Assembly (NCBI RefSeq): GCF_009914755.1
Contig: NC_060938.1
Origin: the human T2T-CHM13v2.0 reference genome, Homo sapiens
Strand: one strand, 5' to 3'
DNA length: 64,000 nucleotides
Positions 49,791 to 63,644 of this stretch are shown here, in pieces. A model generated the notes under the pieces. It was not told where the DNA came from, did no database searches, and worked only from the letters and a program-made list of their open reading frames with translations. How positions within the stretch are numbered: position 1 is the first letter of the stretch; every line of letters starts with the position of its first letter. The translations under genes were made by a program, and so were the position numbers.

Positions 49791-51199
49791 GCTAGTATTG
49801 CAAACATTTGTTTGAAGAGGTAGACATAAACTCCAAATTCCAAAAGGGGCCCTAAATTCTAAGAGAAAATATACACTCCAAATTTTAGACGTGTTCTCTC
49901 GGGACTTCCCACAGAATCTTACTGAAGGTTAGAAGACAAAGATTTTAAATAAATGGTTATGGGTTTTACGAGAGTAGGATGGTGAGGGGAGGTGTTGGGC
50001 AGGTTTTTACTGAACAGGAGGCCAGTGTTCTGAGGGCCCCAGCCCAGCCTGTCCCCACATGCTGAGTGCCCTGAGGTGATTCTGCCTCCTGCATTGCTGA
50101 ATGCAGGTGGATGCAGGTGGCATGCTACCACTGCCTTGTGGATTGTGAGCAAGATCAGGCTCTCCCGGAAGAAAAGTGATGGAGATAATTAGGGATGGAG
50201 AAATAGGAGGGTACAAGTCCCACAATAGCGGGTACAGTTAAGAATCAGATAAATAAAAGTTGTCACTGATGGTATCTGAGGAAAACATTGGTGATCAGAA
50301 GTGTGAAGTGTGAAAAGAGGGAGGTCAAGAACAGATATTTTTCAAACAGAAAGAGTAAAGCAGCACTCTAAGGTAGGAAAGTCTCCTTGTATTGACCAGC
50401 GACAGGCGCAAGAGGATGTTCTGGCCTGGAGCAGTGGGGCTCATGTGTGGACACCTGACCAGCACTAGTAAAAGAGTCTGCTTTGAGAGGGTGAAAAAGC
50501 AGATCAGGAAACCCAGGGGCCTTTTCTGCCATGGCTGTGCTCCCTTTGAAAGGGAAGTTTGGCAGGAAACAGTTGGAGGGCAAGAGTCTCAGAAATCCAT
50601 GTCCCAGGTGCTCAGGAGAAGCTGAGATGGTTTCTAGGCTTCTAACCTGAACCAGACCCAGTGTCACCCTTGGAGGGTGTCCACATCCTCCTGAAAAGAA
50701 GCCAGACCCCCTCCTTAACCTAACTACAGCCATGAGACAAGGGATTTAAATGCTAGGAAGGGTAGCATAGTCAACCAGGCCTTGGAGCTTGTCTGATCAA
50801 GAGGTTTCTTCTGAACACCTACTCTGCTCTGATGTTTGCTTCACATGTGCTTATGCTGAGCTTGCTAATAGGGGACTTTGTTTTTGATTAATAAAACGAA
50901 GACGAATTCCTGGTCATGAGTGGCCAGGGCCTCAAATAGCTTGTCCTGTTCTCTATCTCAGGGACTCTTAAATGGCAAGTCACCGTTCTGAGAGGGATAA
51001 AGCGGTGAACAAAGTTTTGGCCGCAGACTGTGGCAGCAGGAGTGGAACCTGCTGAAAAGAACCCTAGATAGAGTGGTAGGCAATTCATATTATAGGTGGT
51101 GGTATGTTTTTGCTTGTGGCACAGAGCAGAGAATATGGACGGTGGAGTCAGTCCAACCTGGCCGCAAATCTTGAACACTGTCATTTCCTTGTGTTTTCC

Positions 51200-51850
51200 A
51201 TACCTGTATTATTGTTTTCTTGTTGAAAAACTTCAAATAACACTGAACAGTATAAAGTTAAAATGAAGATTCCTTGAGTTATTCCTGCACTCTTGTTCCC
51301 AAGGGGGAAAACAGTGTTAAAATTATTGGGTGTTTATCTATCTTTTTCTATGGCATTGCCTAACCATGACTCCAGCCATCAATATGGATTATATAAATGC
51401 ATATAGTCTTGAGCTTTTTATACACAAGTGGAATTATACAATACATACTGCCTGAAACTCTCTTTTGCTTACTATAGTGATAATTAATTCCACATCCATA
51501 TATATGGATATATCCCATTTTAAAAGCTGTGTTGGATTCCATCCTGAGTATTGCTCATAATGTATTTGACAAGCTCTCTACTAATGGTCGTTTTAATACT
51601 TCCACTTTTTCTTTTTGCTATTAAAAACCATGCTGCAAAAAATCTCATGTATCTATATATGTGTATACTTGTTGAGTATTTCTGCAAGATATGTTCCGAG
51701 AAATGGAATTGCAGTGCTGACGAGTATGCACGCTTAAAATGATGACTATATTGCCAGATTTCTCAAGGAAAGTTGGACCAATTTGTATTCCCACCAATAA
51801 AGAATGAGTGGCTTTTCCCTGCACCTTCCGCTGTGTTTTTATTGCCATTA
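51200..51850 (-). mobile_element. L1ME-type 3' end
   Basis: TTTTTGCTATTAAAAACCATGCTGCAA..GAAATGGAATTGC..TTGCCAGATT..ACCAATTTGTATTCCCACCAA. Confidence 0.7.
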
Positions 51851-53499
51851 TTTACAGTATGTGGCGGATACTCAGCCCCGCACTTAGTGTGCTTGTTGGA
51901 CATGAGCACTGAGTGTGTTCTCTTTACTGTTGTTACAGAAACTTCCTGTAACACCAGCTCACTGTAGCACAGCTTTGGATCCACAGCCCAGAACTTTCTG
52001 CCTCAGTGGTAACCATTATGTGCAGTCAAAGCCCAAGGCCACCCTTGTTCACATGACAGCTGTCATTGCACAATTCTACACCATAAATTTATGCCAGGGA
52101 AAATGTGGGCAATATATTTTTCCTCCTTATCTACTTTAAAGCCTGCTAGCTATCGGGGAATTTTTTTTTTTTATTTTTGGTTTGGCTCCAGGTGTGGCCA
52201 ACATTGCCAGGATCTTCTATAAGATTTAGCATTCCTATTTGCTTTTTTTCTTGGCCAGGATTGAAGGCAAATAACCAGAGGCAAGAGTTTCTAACAGATC
52301 TTTCTCTCATCAGTCAGGGATGGGGTAAGGATTGAAGAAAAGGCTCAATGTCTCCACTCCCCCACTTCTGCACCCCCCAACTCCATCCACAGTGATTAAG
52401 AGGAGTGGAAAGGGACCCCTCCCATCTCCAGTAGACAAAGTGGAGCCCAATCTCCCCACATCTTTGTAACTAGAGCAGCATTTCTTGCCTTGATCTGTTA
52501 CGTATTGGGTTTATATTTAAGATTTAATTTGTCTGCAAATGTTCCAATGCTTTACACTTTTTTTTTTTTTTTTCAAATGATTGGTGGAAAACAGAAAAGA
52601 AGCCTGTCTCCAGCTTTGCTCCCTGATTGATTCAGCTCTAGGGCTATTACCATAGTAATAGCCATCAACCTGCCCTCCAGCCTTCCAGCCCTGCTCTCAG
52701 ATACTCTCCTAGGGGGCCCAGTTGGCCTGGTTTGGGGTGTCTAGGGGCCCTCCTTCCCTGCTCAGCACTCCACTCCTTTGTCCAGTCTTACCCTTTGCTC
52801 CCAGCATGTCATTGGATGGCATAGTTAAATCCCCTATTGGCAGTTGATGGTAGCACTAATTCTTCCGCCTTCTGGTCCTAATGTTTGTCTCCCTCAGTTT
52901 TGTGGGTCTGCTGCCTCTACCCCTACCTCACCCCTCTAACCTGATTGATGCTTGAAGACTCCCATCCCACTTTGTTCATATATGACAAGGTTGTCATTTT
53001 TACTAAGAGAGGGAGGGAACCACAGACGTAGAGAAATGAATGAATTTCCAAAGTACACATTTCAGATCCTGACTTTAATCCAGCCAAAGATTTGGCTGGC
53101 ATTGATTAAATTATATTTATAGCCAGTCTCTAGATTCTTTTCCCCACCTAAATCTTGACTTGAATATAAGAAGCACAGATTCAGGGAGAGCCTAATAGTA
53201 TACACATGTCAAGAAATCTGGGGTGCTATGGTGTGTCACCATTAGTTGCATTAGGAATCCCGAGTCCTTAAATTCAATATGAAGTGGTTTTTGTTTGTTT
53301 GCTTTTAACATTGGAGACTGCTTTGTGGAAAAGACTATTTAATTTGTTAAATGTGCAAAGCCAAAAACTGTTATTTTTTTCCCTTAGGCCGTTGAGTTCA
53401 GCTTATGGTGATGGAAAGAGAGATGTCAATAATTCCACATTTTCTGGCTTGCATTGTTTGATGAAAGGTGACCCCATTCCCTGAGTTAAAGAATGCTGA

Positions 53500-53900
53500 A
53501 AGAAGACCAGGCTTGAGGAGGAAGGATCATGCATTTGCTTTTGGACCTGTAGAGTTTGAGGTAATTGTAAGATATCCCAGTGGGCATGTCAGGTAAGCAA
53601 TTGGATTCACATTCTGGAGCTCAGAGAAGGGATCTGGATTGGTGGTATAGTAAGTATAATGAAATAGGTACAGTTAGGTGCTATGGAAAGAAATCTTAGA
53701 TGTCACACATGCTCAGTGTACAAAAATGAGATTTTCATCTTTTGTAGTAACATTACCCTATAATGATATAGTGCTTTCCAGTTTGTGTAGCCCTTTCAGA
53801 TCTATTATGTAATTTGAGCACCATGACACCTCACTGAGAATTACTATTTACATTTTACAGTGGAGAAACTGAGGCTCAGGCCCTCAAGTTTTAGAGAACT
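53500..53900 (-). mobile_element. L2 fragment and MIR fragment
   Basis: TTTTGGACCTGTAGAGTTTGAGGT..AGCAATTGGAT..CTGGAGCTCAGAGAAG (L2); CATTTTACAGTGGAGAAACTGAGGCTCAG (MIR). Confidence 0.7.
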
Positions 53901-55052
53901 TGGTGGAGTACACTTGACTCTCCACCTCACCAACTCATTCTCTCCTCTAGTTTCTCTGCCATACCCAAATGGGTATAAAAATAGAAACCCTATATTAATA
54001 AATATGTTACAATACTGTTTAACAAAATCCTATCCAAAGAATACCAGGGTTACAAAAGAGTGTGTTTGCCTTTATATGTGGAAGTGATAAGTTCTCTGAA
54101 TATTGGGATGGCTACTCTGTTCTATGAAGACCTTCCCCCCAGGGATAGCATTATACCACATAGAGACAGTGCAGGGCAGGCACTGCTCAGGTTCATTTCT
54201 CCCCAGTTTTTCCAATAGTTTGCATTGATTTTTCTACTGTCTGAGTTTTAAAACCTCTGAAATTTTTGGTCTCATCCTGTGTTGTATTTTCTAGTCCAAA
54301 CCAAATCCAGGAAATGTCATATGATCATATAAAATCTTTTCATGAGTATAAAGATGTGGGATGGGGGTGTGTGTCTTTATTTTGTCAGAAAGTCTTTGCC
54401 AATCCTTAAGAAACTGGTAAGTCTCAAGTGATACAGACTCCAAAAAGGTTTTTTTTTTTTTAAGAGAAGTTTCTATTTATAATGTCTCATGAAGAAGAAA
54501 AAAAAGATTTAGAAACCAATAGGAAGCAAGCCTCTTCTTGTCTAGAAGTAAGGAATCATGACCATAGCTGATGTGCCACATCCTCTCATGGATGATTTCC
54601 CCTATAACGTCCTTATTTTAAAACTCAGGATGTTGCTGCTCAGAGGGGTAAACTGACTTTCCTGTGGCCACAGAAGTACTTAATTAGAACAGGGTTTCAT
54701 GGCTCATGACTTGGCCCATCTTGCCACAAGACCCCCTCGATGGAAGCAGAATTTCATGTGGCAACCTAGAGGATTGTTTTGCCATTGTACCCTTGCCTTC
54801 AGAAGGCCACATTTACATTGTCCTTATGTACTAGAATTTATATGGTTTTGTTACTGGTTCTATTAAGACAGCTAGAGGAGATTACGTGACATTCCCCCAG
54901 CAACTCGTGTTTACATTTAACTGTCCTTGTATCCAGGAAAGGCCTTAGAGCCAGTGAATTGGCAAAATTCCTTTCCTCTTTTCCAGGTAAGAAAAGCAGT
55001 CTTTTGGAATTTAACCTAAGAACTGGTAGAGTATCTGTTAATGTAAAATACC

Positions 55053-55656
55053 TGCATTAATTAGGGTTCTCTAGGGAAGCAGAACTGAAAGATAGATAGA
55101 TAGATGCATACATACATACATACATACATACATACATACATACATACATAGAGGGGGTTTATTAGGGGAATTGGTTCTTGTGATTATAGAGGCTAAAAAG
55201 TCCCACAGTAGACCATCTATAAGCTGTAAGGAAAGGAGGAAAAGTCAGGAGTGTGGCTCAGTCCATGTCTGAAGGCCTTAGAACCAGGGAAGTCAATGGT
55301 GTCACTCTCAGTCCAAGGCTGAGGGCCTGAGAACCTGGGGGGTGGGTGCTGGTGCAAGTCCCAGAGTCCAGAGGCCAGATAACCTGGGATTCTAACATCC
55401 AAGAGCAGGAGAAGAAAGATGTCTCAGCTCCAAGAGAGGAGAGAATTATTCTCTCTGCCTTTTTGTTCTATCCAGGCCCCCAGCAGATTGGGTGGAGCCC
55501 ATCCACATTGTGGATGGCTCTTTCTTGCTTAGTCCATCAATTCTAATGCCAATCTCCTTCAGAAATGCCCTCACAAACACATCTAGAAATAGTGCTTTAC
55601 CAGCTGTCTGGATATCCTTTAATCCGGTGAAATTATACCTAAAATTAACCATCACA
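55053..55656 (-). mobile_element. MLT2B-like ERVL solo LTR containing (GATA)/(CATA)11 STR
   Basis: TTAGGGTTCTCTAGGGAAGCAGAAC...CCCTCACAAACACATCTAGAAATA..AAAATTAACCATCACA; CATA x11 at 55107-55150. Confidence 0.9.
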
Positions 55657-56761
55657 GTATCTAAGTTGTATTTCCCCATGGAATTGTTATCTTCATAACC
55701 ATTCATAATCTAGTCAGTTTTTTCAAAGTTGACTAGAAAACAAGCTGAACATTTTTCCAATACATCTATATCTACATCGACATCTGGGTCTGTATCCATA
55801 TTTATCTCTACATCTGTCTACAGTTATATGCAATGTTCTCTAGAAGGGAATATACCAACATGCTAACAGCTACTGTTGCTTGCAGGTAGAATTATGGGTA
55901 ATTTTTATTGTTTTATATATTTTATAAATTTTCCACAACACAATTGAATTAGCTATATAATAAAAAAGATTTTTCAAAAAAATTTTTTTTCAGGCTATCT
56001 GTCTGGGATATCACATAAATTTCAGGTCCACCTAAGTGATTGTGGGAGTGAAGGCAGTCACGTGCTCAATAATCTTGTTTAACCGAGAAGTGATATAAAA
56101 ACAAGTGCAGAATAATGCAGCACTGACCTGCTGATCTATGTTCTGTAGCAATAAGAGGAAGTTGCTGGAGAGGCTTCTGGAAGGGGAGCAATTTTCAGCT
56201 GTGAGTTGACATGTATGCTTGACATCATGGTAAAAGAAGAAGAAAGAGGCTGTGAGGATGACCAAGTTCAGGGTCAGCTGTGAGAGCAACCACAGTGTGG
56301 ACACAGCACAGCAAGCTGATTGGATTTGTAGCATAGCAGCTGAGTTGAAACTATGGCACTGAACATCTGCATATACATTTACTCCTTGGAGGGGCATCCA
56401 CGTAAATATTTGGTCATAAATATAAGAATTACGTATTAGTATCTATGATTCCTTTAGTTGCAGATGGTTGACTAAAGCAGTCATTATGTTGGAGTCCTAA
56501 TGGGGTAGGTATTGCTTGCCTGAAAAAGGTATATTTACTCTTTTTTCTCTTTATGAAAAACTCACTGGCAAAAATGGACTTTAGGTCTGAAGTTAGGCAT
56601 CACTGCCCCCCCGGGAGGTGCTGCAAGACTCATTTGTATCAGATCCACCAAGTGGTGGCCAGTATGTCAGAGTGAGGAAACTAGGGATATGGCCAAAGTT
56701 CTCATATTCATATCATAACATAGGATACCACTGATATCACCAATGTTCGTATGGGGTTTGA

Positions 56762-57303
<542 letters not shown>

Positions 57304-58257
57304 CAGTACAGGAATTCTAAACAAAACAAAACAAACAACAAAGAGCAATTACAACAAAATCTAGGTACTATACCAACAATGTTACATGGTAGTTATAATG
57401 TAGGTGCAAATATTTATGGGAGTCAACATAAACCAATTTAATCAGAGTCTGCTTGTGTGGAGAAAAAAAAAATATTACTGGAAATCCACATGAGAATACT
57501 TATCAAATAGACCTGATGATGATGAACTACAAGAGGCTGGTTATATGTCAATATTTTCATAGCAAAAATATATTTAAAATATACACATATATGTATTTAG
57601 ATATTAATATGTTATACATATTTAACAGATAGACATAGCATTTCAGTGGGTTAAACCAGAACAAACAGAAAAAAAAGAGTTACAAAAACTGTGTATGTTA
57701 TTAGAAATGTGTGTAAGCCATTAATATAGAAAAAAATGCTATTATACTTGCAATGTTTTATACTTCCACAGCCATCATTAACAAAAAGTTGTGAGTAAGT
57801 AGTGATTCCCTAAACTAAAATATTCCTTTCCTCACTTTGGACAAATACCATGTGTATTTTTATGAACTTTCTATTGCATGTAACAAGCACATATTCTGAA
57901 AGAGTTCTGTTTCCAGTATAGTGAAGTAAGTTTTTTATCTAATAGCCTGACTCTCTGACAGGTAACAACTATAAAGTCCAGACCAAAAATCCCCCTCAAA
58001 AAACAACTATTCTTTGAGGGCTCTGGAGAGTGTAGAAGAGCAGAAAAAAAAGGGAGTCAAATTCAGACTGCTGAGTTTTACCCTCAGGGCAATCATAATG
58101 TTGGCATGAAGTTAAAACTTCAATAGAAAGTCTGTGCCTCTCTGGTGAGAGGATTTAAGGGAAGGTGAGCCTGTGTGGCTCAGCAGTCAGCTAATGTCTT
58201 GGGCATAGTTTATACTCAGAATCTGGCATTCCCTTCTCTGGTTTTCTCCTTTCTGGG

Positions 58258-58629
58258 TGGTATGGTTAGGCTTTGTGTCCCCACCTAAATCTCGTCTTGA
58301 ATTGTAATCTCCATAATCCTCACGTGTCAAGGAAGAGATCAGGTGGAGTTAATTAGATCATGAGGGAAGTTTCCCCCATGCTGTTCTCATGATAGTGAGA
58401 GAGTTCTCATGAGATCTGATGGTTTTATAAGGGACTCTTTCCCCTTCACTTGGCACTCTTCCTTCCTGCTACCTTGTGAAGAAAGTGCGTTACTTCCCCT
58501 TCACCTTCCACCATGATTGTAAGTTTCCTCAGGCCTCCCCAGCCATGCTGAACTGTGAGTCAACTAAGCCTTTATGAATTACCCAGTCTTGGGCAGTTTT
58601 TTATAGCAGTATGAAAAGGGACTAGTACA
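58258..58629 (+). mobile_element. THE1D-like solo LTR
   Basis: TGGTATGGTTAGGCTTTGTGTCCCCACC...GGACTAGTACA; perfect TSD CTGGG. Confidence 0.92.
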
Positions 58630-59011
58630 CTGGGGTTTCCCATTATTCTCCGGTGATTCCAGTTGCCCTAGATTCTTTCCCCTAAATCTTCCCACACCCT
58701 GGGCAGGCAGTGTGCATTTTGAGTCTAACCAAGTTAATTGCTTTCTAAAGAAAAAAAAACACCCTTTGAAAAAGTATAAAAGAATTGAGAGTCTCCACAA
58801 CATAGTATTGATATGTTAAAGACATAGTCCAAAAGTACTTAAGAACCAGGAAGATGTGATCCATTCCTGAGGGATAGGACAATCAACAGATGTTAACTTC
58901 AAAATAATGTAGACATTAGAATTGTTAGAAAAGAGCAATGTAGACATTGGGATTGTTAGAAAAGCAGCTGGTATAACCATGCTTAATCAGGTAAAAGAAA
59001 ATATGCTTTAT

Positions 59012-59930
59012 CTCACAATTTTGTTTTTTTGGTAAAAGTGCCTAAAATCTATTCTCTTAGTAATTTTTCACTAAATAGTACAATATTATTAACCATAGTT
59101 CTCATGCTGTACATTAGATTTCTAGACTTATTTATCCCACATAACTGAAACTTTGTACCCTTTGACCTCTGTCTTCCCATTCCCTCTCTTACAACCTTCC
59201 CCACCACCCTGCCCCTGGTAACCACCCTTCTATTATCTGTTTCTATGAATTCAAGGGATTTTTGTTGTTGTTGTTGTTTAGTTTAGATTCCACACATAAG
59301 TGAGATTATCCAGCATTTTTCTTTCTGTTCTGGTTTAGTTCACTTAGCAGAAATGGAAAAAAATCCTAAAATTCATATAGAATTACAAAAAACTCCAAGT
59401 AGCTGAAACAATCCTGAGAAAGAAAAACAAAGTTGGAAGTATCACACTTCCTAATTTCAAATTATATTACAAACAATAGTAATCAAAACAGTATGCTACT
59501 GGCATAAAAAAAAAATGTACAGACCAATGAAACAGAGTAGAGAGCCCGGAAACAAAGCCACTCATATATGGCCAACAGATCTTCAATAAGGTCACCAAAA
59601 AGATACAATGGGAAAAGAATATTTTTTTTCTACAAAACATCCTGGAAAAATTGGATATTCACATGATAAAGGGTCAAAGGGTACAAAGGTCAAAGGGTAT
59701 GAAGTTTCATATGATAAAGAATGAAATTGAATCCTTATCTTACGCCACATACAAAAATCAACTCAAAATGAGTTAAAGACTTAAACATAAGATCTGAAAC
59801 CGTAAAACTCCTAAAACAAAACACAGGGAAAATCTCCTTTATTGATGTTGGCAAGAATTCTTTTGGATATTGCACCAAAAGTACCGGCAGCAAAAGCAAA
59901 AATAAACAAGTGGGAGTATATCAAACTAAG
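59012..59930 (-). mobile_element. 5'-inverted L1MA insertion (3' UTR on -, ORF2 piece on +)
   Basis: 59012-59349 antisense L1MA 3' UTR (CTGAAACTTTGTACCCTTTGACC); 59350-59930 sense ORF2 (ATCCTAAAATTCATA..GTAATCAAAACAGTATG..ATCAAACTAA); flanks ATATGCTTT / ATATACTTT. Confidence 0.85.
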
Positions 59931-60244
59931 ATATACTTTTAATGGATGAAAAAATAAGCAATCACAGCAGAGAAATAGAAAATTTTGATATACTTTCTTA
60001 AAAGCGAAAGAAAGGGGTAAAGTTACAACAAATGTGCAAAATGTGCATAACCCGGGATGTGTCATGGTGGTGTGTCAGGCACGTGACTGCCATCTGTCAC
60101 AGATGCCTGAGTGAGAAGGTGGTGGGAACAGCTATGTTACACAGTAGGGAACTGCTGACCCTTCTTTTCATTGATTGGCTGTTCTGTTTCATTTTTAGGA
60201 GAAGATTGTTACATTCAGGGCTGTGACTTAAAAATAACTATTAA

Positions 60245-61030
<786 letters not shown>

Positions 61031-61089
61031 AAAGAAAAACTGGGCCCAAGCCCCAGCTTCATCACTCAGACAAGTCCAGTAGTGGGTCA

Positions 61090-61576
61090 TATTGGCAGTT
61101 TCTAATGGACCATGCTTCCCCTCTGCTTGCACCTGGCATAGGCCAGTGTTTGGCTTTAAGCAAAAGAATGCAGTGGGAGTGACATTGTGTTCATTCTGGA
61201 CTTAAGTTCTAAGAAGGCTTTTGCTCTTTGAGCAACTCTGAGCCACCATGCGAGAAATCCAATTACCCTGCCGGAGAGCCCATAGAAAGGAAGAGGCCCT
61301 GAGACCCCATGGAGAGAGAGACCCAGCCATCCCAGCTGAGCCCGGCCTTTTAGCTGTCCCCAGCCAGGTGCCAGACATGGGAGTGAGCCATCTAAGACAT
61401 TCCAGCCCCAGCCACCATCTGATGCAGCATCATGAGAAATCCCAAGTGAGGTCAGCAAAAGAACTGTCCAGCTGATCCCCAGTCCACCCACACAATCATT
61501 TGAAATAATAAATTGGTTGTTGTTGCAAACCACTAACTTTGGTATGTTTTTAAATGTAGCACTTGATAACTGAAGC
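61090..61576 (+). mobile_element. MLT1G/H-like MaLR LTR
   Basis: CAAAAGAATGCAGTGGGAGTGAC..CCCAGCCATCCCAGCTGAGCCC..AAGAACTGTCCAGCTGA..AATAAATTGGTTGTTG..GATAACTGAA. Confidence 0.8.
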
Positions 61577-62129
61577 CCCAGATTAATTAAGGAAACTACT
61601 CTACCCTCATATTCCTCACCTGCAAAACTGAGTAATAATTATAGTGTCCTGAAAATAGATTTGTCATGATGGTCAAATAAGATAATGTGGTCAAAGTTTC
61701 GGAGCCTTTTCCGCCAAAGTCTGGTGTCAGAAGACGGTGAATAGCATTCGTGGGTAGCCTGGAGGGTGTGGCTTAAAGTGTCCTGCTAAACATATGCTAT
61801 TTCTTAGAAGGCTTGTGTTAAACGTCATAGCTAGTTTTGAATTCTCTGTAAAGGGTCCCTGTCATTATTTTTAAACGCATCTTCTCCACTTTATACACAT
61901 TCTGGTTATCTTGTGTCTTCACATCCTCCTGCAGCATCATAGGGAAGCCTCATGGATATTAATACTCCATTTGAAAGATGTAAGTACCTGTAATCTATAA
62001 ATGTGGAACAAAGGATAATCACTGGTAAGAGGAGACAAACAAGGAATAGTCAAGAAAGGCAGAGGAGTCCAAGAAATTACCAGGTCTTGGAAACTGAGGG
62101 AGATTTAACAGTCAAGTGTTGCAAAAAGA

Positions 62130-63230
62130 CCATTGGGTTGGGTGCCTGGTAAGCCACTTAATGTTCAAAGGAATGATTTCTTTGGTGAGGAGGCAAGAGC
62201 CATGGGCAGAATAAATGTGGACAGAGAAGGTTTTTTGAGGATGTAAGGAGAGCAACTGATAAGAGGAAATAACTTCAGGAAGAAGCGGGGACATAGAGAA
62301 GGTTTTTTTCTGTTTTGTTTCATAAGAGAATAATGCTGCACGTGTTTTTAATAATGGAGAGAAAAGCAATAAAGAGCAGAGAACTTGGATACAGAGAGGG
62401 GCTGATAAGAAACAAAATCCAAGAAGAACTGAGAAGCTTAGGATGGTTAATGTAAGTAAAGGAGTTAGGACCAGAGAGGGAAATGAAAGAACCATCTCTG
62501 TAATTGGAAGGAGGGAGGAAAGGGTGAGGGAAGATACAGAGACATTTAGAAATGGAGGGAAGAGGAGGGAAAATTCATGTTCTGCAGCATCAGTTGATTA
62601 GGGATCTAGGTCACCTGCAGAGAAGGGGCAGCTGGAGGCTTGAAGAGAGTGGGAAGATTTCCTATACTGGAGGAGCGATAGGGGAATCAGATGGAGGTGG
62701 GTAAAAATCCAAGTATCAGTGAGAGGCTCATTTAGGGTGGAAAATGTACATTTATTATGGCATCAGTTCCTGAATTCCTAGGATATTACAATAGGCAGGC
62801 AGACAGAGAGACAGACAGACAGAAACAATGGTGGAAATGAGTGAATTGGTGTTTCCCAGCAGTAGGGATTGAAAAGACAGGTTAAGTCTGGAGAAATGTC
62901 AGAGTGTCACAGAGGGGACGCTCATGTTACTAGAGCATCATTGACCAAACCAGGTGGAGTGTGACTTGGGCTGAAAGTGTGCCGGTGGACTAGGTGCATG
63001 TGATAGGGTCCAGGGTTGGGACATGATGGATGTTGAGAATACTCTCAGTAGGAATGAGGGAGTTAAAAAATGTTAAAAACAGTCAGAGACACTTCACATT
63101 CACAGCTCTTAAAATTTGGACCTTGCCCATAATGCTGTGTTTCAAAGTGCAATTATAATTCTGAATGTCTGAAGAGTATGGTAGCTTGAGGAAAGAAAGA
63201 AAGAAAGTGATCTTGAAGTGTTGTCTTGTG
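62130..63230 (-). mobile_element. Degenerate L2 body
   Basis: Purine-rich L2 antisense texture (GAGAAGGTTTTTTT..GCTGCACGTGTTTTTAATAATGGAGAG..GGAGGCTTGAAGAGAGTGGGAAG). Confidence 0.45.
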
Positions 63231-63235
63231 GATGG

Positions 63236-63644
63236 TATGAAGGTCAGTTTTATGTGTCAGCTTCGCTTGGCTATAGCCCCAGTTAACCACTAATATAGGT
63301 GTTGTCATGAAGGTATTTTGTAGCTGTGATTAAAGTCCATAATCATTTGACATGAAGTAAGGGAGAGTGTCCTCGATAATCTAATGGGCCTGGTTCAATC
63401 AGTTGAAAGGCCTGGGAAGCAGAGCTGAGGTTTCCTGGAAGAGGAAGACGTTTCTACCTGTGGACTGAAGCTTCAGTCAGTGCCTGAGAATTCCAGCCTG
63501 CCCTTCCTGATGGCCTGCTGTATAGATTTTGGACCTGCCTAGCCAGCCCCACTGTCACATAAGCAGTCCTTTCCAATAAATCTCCTAGTCCTTTCCAATA
63601 TTATCTCCTAGTGTTTCTGTTTCTCTGATTGAATCCTGACTGAT
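63236..63644 (+). mobile_element. MLT2D-like ERVL solo LTR
   Basis: TATGAAGGTCAGTTTTATGTGTCAGCTT..ATGAAGGTATTTTGTAG..CAATCAGTTGAAAGGCCT..TTCTGTTTCTCTGATTGAATCCTGACTGAT. Confidence 0.88.

Larger units (their letters stand above)
57900..60000 (+). mobile_element. Ancient L1M 5' UTR/ORF1 region hosting THE1D and an inverted L1MA
   Basis: TAACAACTATAAAG..AAAACAACTAT..GAGGGCTCTGGAGAG; AAGAACCAGGAAGATGTGATCCATTC; AATCACAGCAGAGAAATAGAAA. Confidence 0.55.

Noticed and set aside
56601-56660. CTCF-like sequences (CCCCCGGGAGGTGCTG, CCACCAAGTGGTGGC; also near 36082-36096)
   Set aside because: Each has mismatches at key core positions; not supportable without PWM scoring or ChIP data.
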